Part shown: piece after piece, positions 25,047 through 33,986 of the stretch | Layout: each line of letters begins with the position of its first letter | Position numbering within the stretch: the stretch's first letter is position 1 | NCBI RefSeq assembly: GCF_001194135.2 | Contig: NC_068988.1 | Coordinates: 95,152,033 to 95,186,018, forward strand | Reading direction: 5' to 3' | Length of the DNA stretch: 33,986 nt | Source: Octopus bimaculoides | Taxonomy: Eukaryota | Translations under genes and position numbers: made by a program | Notes under the pieces: model-generated | The model's input: the letters and a program-made list of their open reading frames with translations, nothing else | The model's database searches: none | Told to the model about the DNA's origin: nothing

Positions 25047-25574
25047 AAGCCCTCATCCAACAGACTTACCATGAAAAGCACTCGAGCGAAAGGTTTATTT
25101 TTCAGACACAGCTAACTGAATGTACATTGATTGACCTATATACTTCTAACATATCTAAGGTGGGAGTTTACGATTGAAGTGAGATATAACTATGTCTTCT
25201 AGCAGTGCTGTTCAGTTTTATCATTATTGTCAATATCCAGTGAATGGCTTTCACTACCGATAATCAGGAAGGAAGAATTCCATTGATAGGAGAAAATAAA
25301 TTATCTTGACAACTTAAAAGAAAAAAATCAATCGTTGGCATTAAACTTTTTGCAGAGTATATGTTTTCTAGCATGAAGAAATTCATGCAAATTTAATTAG
25401 TTCTATTATTTAGATAATTTAGTTTTAATATTCATTGTCTAAGATTATATTAGATAATTTGAGATATTATCATTAGAGAAATATCAGAAGAATAATTAGA
25501 CGGTCCCCGTCATAACAAACAATAGCGATATTGATACTGACGGGAAACAAAGAACCATTAAGTAAAGTATATAC

Positions 25575-26114
25575 TCACACAGAAACACACACAATTATAT
25601 AGACCAGCACACTTGTTGGAGCGATGTTATCTAGGCTAGAGAAGCTAATCTTGAAGTTATAACCATTAAAATATTGTACACTACATGAGAAAAGACCACA
25701 TATACGCAGACACTATCCAATACTGCAACTAAAATTGCTGAAATCCTACCAACCGTCGAGTAGAGGATTCTGCCTTTCAAATGTTATGTTTTACAGATCC
25801 ACTCTCACAACTTTGATATCGTGAGATACTACAACAAACAATAGTTTCAAAAATACATTACAGAACACATAAATTCAGGGGACGAGGATGACTCCACTTA
25901 TCTGTACAAGTTCGTGTAGAGTCTGCTGATGCCAGAAAACAACACAGCAAGAAATTTTAGTTGGAGTATTGGACAGTGTCTGCGAATATGTAGTCTTTTC
26001 TCATGTAGTGTACAATGTTTTAATGGCTATAACTTCAAGATTAGCTTCTCCAGCCTAGATAACATCGTTCGAACAAGTGTGCCGGTCTATGTAATTGTGT
26101 GTGCTTCTGTGTGA
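25575..26114. repeat. 162-bp inverted repeat (25575-25736 / 25953-26114), 150/162 identical, 216-nt spacer
   Basis: Hand alignment with no indels and 12 substitutions (9 transitions); the right arm is flanked by the exact 21-mer GAAAACAACACAGCAAGAAAT at 25935-25955 and 26113-26133. Confidence 0.92.
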
Positions 26115-26755
26115 AAACAACACAGCAAGAAATAACATAGGAAGCATCCTTGATAGTGTCTTCCTTACTCAACTAGAATCCGCATTTTGCAAATGCAAAC
26201 ACAGGAAACACACCTAACATTCTGTTGCCATTAAAGAAACGTCTCAACTTTTAATCATTGTCCGCTATAATCTATGAAAACCCAGTTTAAAACTATACAA
26301 AACATATGCAAATGTATGATTGTCACTGCTGGCTCATAATAACATTTCTCCCTTCCGCTGGACACCAGCTTTGGCTACTGTTGACTAACACCAGAAAGAA
26401 ATGTAACTGCGCACAATGTACGAACAAGTAACCTGATTTCGGTAGTCTTTAAACCTTGGCCAGAAGAGCAGCGGTAGCGGTGATACATGTCTCACCTGTC
26501 AATAACAAAAGAAGAGCTGGTGACACATTCCTGTCCGTCTAACCGTATTAGAATATCACATAATAATATTTATCGCCGATGTCCTTTCAACTTCAACACG
26601 TAAGTTTACCCGACCAACGTACGCCCTTAAACTTCCTCACTCCGAAGCCATTTTTCTTTTTCTTTATTTTCACACCTTACGAGTTTCACACGTCAGACGT
26701 AGAAATTTACGTCTACGAATCTTCAAGTAATGTATACATATACTATATATATACA

Positions 26756-26791
<36 letters not shown>

Positions 26792-27014
26792 TATATAAAA
26801 CATACACTATGTGTATCNNNNNNNNNNATATATATATATATATATACATGTTAACAACGTTTATCTTGATAGAATCTTTTATCTCCAATTTCTCATTTAT
26901 TTTCTTGATTAGAAAGTTTATACACTATTACTATTTCAATTCATTTTAGATTTCCTTTCTAAACTAACGTCTTCCAATATTCTGTTTAAATACTATGACC
27001 TAACTAAAAGGAAA

Positions 27015-27135
27015 CTCCAAATACTCCTTGCTTGTCCTCCAAATACTCTTTGTTTGTCCTCCAAATACTCCTTGCTTGTCCTCCAAATACTCCTTGTTTG
27101 TCCTCCAAATACTCCTTGTTTGTCCTCCAAATACT
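27015..27135. repeat. 22-bp minisatellite, about 5.5 units (CTCCAAATACTCCTTGYTTGTC)
   Basis: Units start at 27015, 27037, 27059, 27081, 27103 and 27125, head to tail without spacers. Confidence 0.95.
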
Positions 27136-27349
27136 TTAATCAGCAATTTCTAATTAAATATTTTTACCATAGATTTTCCTTAGAAATTGTTAATCTCTCA
27201 ACCAATCCTAGTCTTTTAACCACTCAATATTGTTTTATTAATACCTTAGGGATACAAACGTAACCAACTATTTAATTACCAGTTAGTTAATATTTCCTCA
27301 TTAGTCAAATATGTTATTTTGTCTTGTAAAATCTGTATCGTTGCTGTTC

Positions 27350-27678
27350 AAATATATCGTCTCCTTTACACAAGTGGCCTTAAAGATGTCTCACAAACGC
27401 GATTGTTCAATCTCTATTCTCTCCAACGCTTCCAGCAGAGCTTCATCATTTATATGAAGTGGAAAATATTCCATCAATATTGCACAAATGATGCTGGCAT
27501 CAATTTTAAAATCCACCCAAGACTTGGCCCCCGTGCTATCCACCCAATACAAAACTCGAACTCAGGACACATAACAACATTACGCAACAACTACTTTACC
27601 CCAACCGGTCCAGCTCTCTTTAATACCATACCAAAATACGCCAAAACGGAAACGGATCCCATAAAATTCAAAAGTTAA
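27350..27678 (+). mobile_element. CR1-like LINE ORF2 C-terminal fragment, 3'-truncated
   Basis: LFNLYSLQRFQQSFIIYMKWKIF (cf. LKLYSLQRRRERYxIIYxWKI) ...RLGPRA...TLRNNYFTPTGPALFNTIP...DPIKFKS; paralogous to 13300-13620. Confidence 0.8.
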
Positions 27679-29002
27679 TTTTTTCTTATCACATGTTCAG
27701 TAACCACTGTGTAGTCTCTGTTTTGCTGGGAAGGCCAAGTAGAGTTGTCTCCCCTAGTTGCTTAATTATTAAGTCCCTGAGATAATGTAGTTTTTGTCTC
27801 ACAGCGTAGCATTTCAATTTATAAACAAATTATGCTCATGGGATTATCACAATTTTTGGCCCAGAGACGGAGCCCTACATCCAAGTAGCAGCAGCCAAAT
27901 CTCAGCTAAAATAAATGAGGGGTTAGGGTCCCTGCAATGCAAAAAGTAGAATATTTACTGTTGATGATACAGATCAAAGCAGATCTGGATTAGAAGACAA
28001 CAACAGTAATGACAAGGGCGAGCACGACGACAGCAACAGCAACAACACCAACAGATACAAATCTTGAGTATTACCAAGCATTAAGCCAATTCTGTATTAC
28101 CTCAGATCGATACTTGATCCGTTAGATAAGCTGACAATGAAATATAGTTTTTTCGGTGTATAAGTGACCTTTATGCAATAACCATCGGGAATTCGAAGTG
28201 GTCACTTGACAAGCTAGACATACAAACCTAACGTCCTTCAAATTTCACGAACGCCATATTGGAAATGATGATCTTAAATATACGATAATGGGAAAATTAA
28301 GTAGGGATGGTCATACATAGAGCGTCTTTGATGTTACACCTGTTTTAAAAGAGCTGCAGTGGAGGTAGACAATAGCAACAATAACAGAAACATCATTTTA
28401 AAATGTAATTAAAAGACTAAATTATTGTTGATCTCAATATCCTTGAACGGAAGGTCATAAATATTTTATCATTTTCATTTATTTCCCTTATTTTCTTTTC
28501 TTTTCTTTTATATAGATAAATAGATAAGGGCTTTAAGATTGGTTCGACTAAACGAAAGCGGAGATCTCTATCTTTCTCCATCTTGGATTACTGACAATTG
28601 TAAAACCTTGTGACATGATCTGCACCTAGAAAATCACGATAAAGTTATCGACTAATATGATCATCGGGGAGTGGGCAGAGGAATTGTAATAAAAGAAAAA
28701 AATAGACAATAAAATTGAGTATATACAAAAAGGATGGAAATAGAAAGAAGAAGAAATATCGAACAGAGTGAATGTAAGGAGGAGTTAGAGAGTGAAAAGG
28801 CGTGGAGGGGTCGGAGGGTGAAAGGTTTCTTAAAATGAAAATAAAAGAATGTCGCTGGTGGGACTTGATATCAAAAGCTCTAACAATAAAACGAGGTATG
28901 AGACGGTTTTAATGGCGAGTAAAATTTGAAATGTGGAAATACAGAGAGTAATCGCAATACAAGCATACACACACAGAAGCACAGAAGTACACATATACAT
29001 CC

Positions 29003-29035
<33 letters not shown>

Positions 29036-29586
29036 TATGCATACATGTATATATGCGAGTGTAAATATATATATATATATGGATGTATGTATGTATGTAA
29101 AAACGTCTGCGTTTATCTACACGTTGATGTATATGCATAAACACACATATATACACATATAGACGTAGACACACTAACATATATACACAAACCACATATG
29201 TATACATATATAAGCATTCGTATATATATACACGTTTATGTGATGTATTTGTTGGTAAGCATTTCTAAAATAAAGAAAACATCATGGATGATTGACAGCG
29301 TATTTTAGCAAACGAAGAAATAAACCGCTATGATGTTCGGTAATAAAGAGGGGAGCGTCGTAAAATTGAAGATAATTTGCCTGAAAATTAAAGAACGGGG
29401 AAGAAGGATCAACAGCAGAAAGAATAAGACAGTCGTCAGTATCTACACAGCTACACACAAACTAGTTTTCTGTATTAAGTTTTGCTAAACAATATGGAGT
29501 TTCTTTGAAATGTAATCTCGATGTCTTCAGGTTCAAATTGAGAAATATTGTCTTCGAAAAGAAAAAAAAAATTTAATGAAAACTAC

Positions 29587-29657
29587 GGGCATATGGCGTA
29601 GTGGTTAAGAGCGCGGGCTACTAACCCTAAGATTCCGAGTTCAATTCCAGGCAGTGA

Positions 29658-29716
<59 letters not shown>

Positions 29717-29869
29717 GCATCGAAAAATACCTTCGGAATGAGAACCCAGGTTCAAAATTTCTCCAAGACATCTGATGAAGGTTGGAGGGCGTATCAACCG
29801 AAACGTTGTGTTAACAACAAACAAGATGAGAACAAACATCCGTCAAATGTAAATAATGTACTCCTAGTT

Positions 29870-29900
<31 letters not shown>
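29587..29900 (+). mobile_element. tRNA-derived SINE family D with internal (AAT)18, hammerhead motif and (TAC)n tail
   Basis: A-box TGGCGTAGTGG 29594-29604, B-box GTTCAATTCC 29639-29648, (AAT)n 29662-29715, 3' region homologous to 5496-5577, (TAC)10 at 29871-29900. Confidence 0.85.
29767..29812 (+). ncRNA. Minimal type I hammerhead ribozyme, Penelope-type
   Basis: Stem I GACAT(29767-71)/GTGTT(29808-12); core CTGATGA(29772-78)+A; stem II GGTTG(29780-84)/CAACC(29795-99); GAAAC-GTT with palindromic AACGTT in place of a looped stem III; predicted cleavage after GUU (29807). Confidence 0.75.
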
Positions 29901-30324
29901 AGAAAATAAGGAAACAACGAATTGAAGTGTTCTCTCGTGTCATGAGAATTTTAAAATGGTAAGCTGATAGTACATGGATAGAAGAATGAAGAAGCATTAC
30001 GGGTGCCATTTTGTTGTCAGACATTGGACAATGAAAATACTAATACAAAGCATATTGAAGTTTAATGTAAGACATTGACCTAAACTGCTTTGTTTAGAAA
30101 CCATTTTGATATCCGTAAAGAGGAAGGTTAACTGAAGAGTTTGCGGTTTTCGTATTTGTCTGAAGCTACAAATCTGTATCAGGAAAATGAAGTATACATA
30201 CAGAGTAATTAATTTATATACATATAATTGTTAATTATACATAGCTAATTATAGCAAAGTATAAACAAAAGTAGGTGAAAATATAGCAGCAAAGGGTAAG
30301 AAATGAAGGCAGAATGAAAAGGAG

Positions 30325-31110
30325 TTGGGCTATGCAACTAGGCCCTGCAGTACAGATAAACGCAGGTTAAAGATAATGCGTACTCGGTGTCCTTGCGGGT
30401 CTCGGGTCTCAACACAACCAGGATGCTAAGAGATCTGTAACCTGAAAAGTGGTAACGAATGACTAAGCACGTTGGAATGATAAGCTAGAGAGTCGAGGAT
30501 GTCATAGACTTTATTATAAGGTCCAGCATCTCTATTAGGGACCTGTTTCACAAACTGTGATACACGCTACAGGTGCAATGTACGGCAGGGCGTGCGAGTT
30601 ACGGTATATACCAGGGTGGGAGAGATACAATGCAAGAGATCGATCTCTTTACACAATCGAATTGAAGCCAACTAATCTAGTTAGACGGCAGATGAAAACC
30701 AAATATGTCGTCGAAGTCAGAAAATGCCAGTTAGAGTGTTTAGCATAGAGAACCGGAAGCCATCTGAATATTGGAAAAATGTTACTTGTATCTTGATTAT
30801 TCGTGTCAGGTCTCAAAATGGTGTCATCGTGTGTCTGGGATGAGGGAAGTACGGAGTAGGGGAGGTCACATTACTTTAAAGGAAATGAGTGAAGATAAGT
30901 GTACAACTGAGGTCACAGAGCGGAAAGCCGACATCGCTGAAGGAGAGCAATGAAGTAGTTGAGAGGACGATGAATGCGTGATGTCAGTGCATCAATACTG
31001 TTCGTGGAGTCGATGAAATTCGAAGCCAACGATATTTTGAGGATATTCCTGTAAGACGTAAAAATGGTGCAATTGCTTCAACTGTACAACGATGTCAAGC
31101 TGTTTACAGT
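30325..31110 (-). mobile_element. Degenerate Penelope-like element (linker plus GIY-YIG region)
   Basis: Minus-strand fragments in order: HCKQ/PFLRLTGISS (cf. HCKNSIPxSQFLRLRRICS), HCISPTLVYTVTRTPCR (cf. TCTSSNLIYCIxCxxC), ETG, HFSGYRSLSILV...RKDTE/RIIFNLRLSVLQGL (cf. RKxxExxLIFxLxTLxPxGLN). Confidence 0.65.
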
Positions 31111-31189
31111 GGAATGACCGAGTAGTTTGTGGTTAGTTCGGGATTGTCTATCAAAACGGGAATGCATTCGAAGTTCGTTCCGTATCGTT

Positions 31190-31375
31190 CTCCGCCCACA
31201 CTACTCACATAGAATCTTTATCCCTTCCTTCCCCAACACGTACCACACTCCTCTTTCAACTCTTCTATCTCTCATTTGTATCATAGACACCCATGTGTTC
31301 GCCTCTATCTTTGTCCTCTCTGAAGAAGGACAATTGTCTGAATCCGTCGGAGTTTTCTCTCCGGCGAAATTTTAT
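31190..31375 (+). mobile_element. Possible Penelope pseudo-LTR/3' UTR with decayed hammerhead at 31316-31352
   Basis: Pyrimidine-rich tract followed by CTCT-CTGAAGA-A-GGAC(AATT)GTCT-GAATCCGTC-GGAG; adjacent to a Penelope ORF remnant. Confidence 0.5.
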
Positions 31376-31747
31376 AAATGATATTTGGTCTTCACAGACC
31401 AATACCAGATTGCTTAGTTGTAGATCGTGTCTTCTACAATAGCCTACGGTCAAGCGAAAACCTGCGAGTGAAGTTTGGTAAACTGAAACTGCGAAAGCAC
31501 GGAGAAAAGAAATGTTCTTGTCGTCGGTTGGTACACTCTGCTCCGATCCATTGCCCAGTTTAACACCACCACGTGGAGTATGGACGAGTTTAGCGGAGTC
31601 CACTTTGTTGCAAGCCTTGAAACCGGATATTTGGTCCGAGGATAATTCTTTTTATCCGTCATAAGAACAGAGGAATGACGGCAAGAATGTTACCCTTTCT
31701 CCTCTGACTTCGCCAAAGGAAACAAATATTCTTAACTCCATCTAGAT

Positions 31748-31908
31748 CAGGGCTTCTCAATCTGGGTCCATACGGCCCTAACGGGTCCATATCTAATTAT
31801 AAAGATATAATAAAAAAATTTTTAAACATCGAATGACTGCGAGAGTCCACCCGAGTAAGTTAGGAGTCAAAAGAATCTATAGGTAAAAAAAAAGGTTGAG
31901 AACCACTG
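31748..31908. mobile_element. hAT (Charlie/MER5-like) non-autonomous DNA transposon, 161 bp
   Basis: TIRs CAGGGCTTCTCAATC / GGTTGAGAACCACTG (12/15 match); 8-bp flanks ATCTAGAT and ATCCAGAG (6/8), similar to the NTCTAGAN target preference of Charlie-type hATs. Confidence 0.85.
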
Positions 31909-32918
31909 ATCCAGAGAAATGAATCAATGTAAGTATACTCTAAATCTAGCGTTAATTAAACGTATAATAAGTTTAAAATTGCTAATTAGTAAAAAACATG
32001 CTCTGTAGTTGATCAGAATATATTCTATCTGATGCATGGACAAAGGAAACGCTCAGAGAATGAGACTATCGCTAACTGTAGTGAGTCAAATTTTTAGTTT
32101 TATGTTAATTATGGTGGGAAGATATTAAAGCCAACAAATCCAGTTCTTGAATAAATTAATGAATTAGTATTTAGCCTACTGATCCCGTTTTAAAACAAAC
32201 TAATTGCTGATTAAATTACGATTGATGAAAATACATATTAATATTTCAGCACAACAAACGCCAAAATGTAAATAGTAAGTGCACCCTAATTCATACCAAC
32301 TGAGAGAAAAACAAAATCATTTTTTTTTCTATCTTCAAATCTTTATAAACTCATAACCACGTGATTTTCAGAAGAGTGCCTTTCTTTTAAATGAACTGTG
32401 AATTTACATATCTGTGTTTATATATGCAATTGTCGATAAAAGTTATTTTCTAGTCAGGCTATATCTTTAAAAGTTTAAGAACTAAAAAAAAATATTTTGT
32501 CGCTCATTTCATTCTTACGTTTTCCTCCGAATGGAGCCGAATTCGAACAAGTTTATAGCGTTCCTAACAAGAATGTGTTTTTGTATGATTTATAATTCAA
32601 TCAACAAATTAGTATTTCATTTATTGGATATTAATTTAGAGGTGTCAAAATATCTGTTTGTATATTTTCTTTATTATGGAAATACATAAGCCAAATAGTA
32701 CTGGATGGAGAGAAAAAAACAGCGCGAGATGCAATTTGAACCCAAAACTCGATAGGTGATTAACGTTGATTGCAAGTCATTAACTTGTTAATTATGGCAC
32801 TTGGAAATTATACCAAATGTTAAACAAGTTCTATATTAATATTTACATTTTCATTTAAATCCAGCTTACGCAGGAATCTTGCTTATATGTTCTGAGTATG
32901 TTTGTGTTACGTGGAAAC

Positions 32919-33292
32919 GCAATGGCCCAGTAGTTAGGGCAGCGAACTTGCGGTCGTAACATCGCGATTTCGATTCCCTGACTGGGCGCTGTGAGTGTTT
33001 ATTGAGCAAAAACACCTAAAGCTCCACGAGACTCCGGCAGGGGTAGGGTGGCGAACCATGCTGTACTCTTTTACCATAGCTTTCTCTCACTCTTTCTTCC
33101 TATTTCTGTTGCACTTGTATTTCAAAGGTCCAGCCTTGTCACACTCTGTGTTACGCTGAATCTCCCCGAGAACTCCGTTAAGGGTACACGTGTCTATGGA
33201 GTGCTCAGCCACTTGCACGTTAATTTTACGAGCAGGCTGTTCCGTTGATTGGATCAACTGGAACCCTCGTCATCGTAACCGACGGAGTGCCA
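32919..33292 (+). mobile_element. tRNA-derived SINE family C, variant 2
   Basis: TGGCCCAGTAGTTAG (A-box), GATTTCGATTCCC (B-box-like), a different middle from the 24.8-kb copy, same 3' module ending GTAACCGACGGAGTGCCA. Confidence 0.85.
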
Positions 33293-33547
33293 CGATGTTT
33301 GTACTATGTTACTTAAGTAGGAACACAGCGCCTTGCATGGCTCTATCTTTACCAAATTCTTCAGTGGTTCACCGTATCTTCAATAAAACACTTTGATAAG
33401 TCTTAATTTTGTCCGGGTGGGTTTCGACTACTCTTCCCCGTAGTTCTTTTCCCTACAACTCACCCGGTGGTGAGCTGGATTAGCCACCGACTGCCCGGCA
33501 CTGTAACACGCAGGAGTGAATAAAAGTTAACAGTAACATTCAAATTA

Positions 33548-33550
<3 letters not shown>

Positions 33551-33596
<46 letters not shown>

Positions 33597-33986
33597 CACA
33601 AACATGCATACATACAAACAGACATATACTCACGCTTGCCTCACATGTGCGTTCATACACAACAAGAATATGTAACTGGGCAACTAGTGGAGGTTGTTTG
33701 TTTTTTTATTGGAGACAGCGCCAGTTTAACAAGATGGCTATGCACATGCATAGAAAAACAATGATGCATACATAAAGATGCAAACACACAAGCACATACA
33801 CACACAAACTTACATGTAGTGATGGTGAATATATATGCACGCATTTATGTGTATACATACGCATATAGGTGCATATATATATATGTGTGTGTGTGTGTGT
33901 ATGTATATATGTATGTATGCACGCGCACACGTACACCCACACACACATATATATATGTATATATATATATATATGTATATATATAT
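33551..33986. repeat. (CA)n followed by degenerate CA/TA/TG low-complexity sequence
   Basis: Directly visible. Confidence 0.85.

Noticed and set aside
26440-26520. Strong minus-strand acceptor (CTCTTCTTTTGTTATTGACAG) followed by GETCITATAALLAK
   Set aside because: No good donor and no other minus-strand exons to connect it to.
27015-27135. CRISPR-like regular repeat
   Set aside because: Units are head to tail with no unique spacers, no cas genes, and the context is eukaryotic.
29587-29660. tRNA gene (also heads at 13621-13710, 24975-25046, 32919-32990)
   Set aside because: A and B boxes are present but no complete cloverleaf with acceptor stem, and each continues into or matches a SINE body.
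30634-30649. Perfect 16-bp palindrome AAGAGATCGATCTCTT
   Set aside because: Single short palindrome within a decayed retroelement, with no supporting context.

Overview
AT-rich, microsatellite-dense animal DNA from a gapped draft assembly (10 N-runs, about 3.6 kb, mostly flanked by (AT)n). The repeat repertoire resembles what I recall of Octopus (coleoid cephalopod) DNA; that assignment is inference, not a database result. No bacterial-type genes, rRNA, real tRNA or CRISPR are supported, and almost all ORFs in the track are microsatellite or N artefacts. The window is mostly decayed mobile DNA: at least four tRNA-derived SINE families, Jockey/CR1-like LINE remnants, two Penelope-like (RT + GIY-YIG) remnants, a hAT-type MITE and two palindromic MITE-like hairpins. 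There is tentative evidence for the 3' end of a + strand protein-coding gene: a 26-nt exon near 9.9 kb, an exon near 21.0 kb, and a terminal exon at 21.83-21.94 kb ending in ...ATSV* followed by AATAAA. The most notable observations are (1) a tRNA-headed SINE carrying an intact minimal Penelope-type hammerhead ribozyme, with two further decayed hammerhead motifs in the window; (2) a 162-bp local inverted duplication bracketed by an exact 21-bp direct repeat; (3) two long fold-back hairpins; (4) a SINE head fused directly to a CR1-like 3' end.
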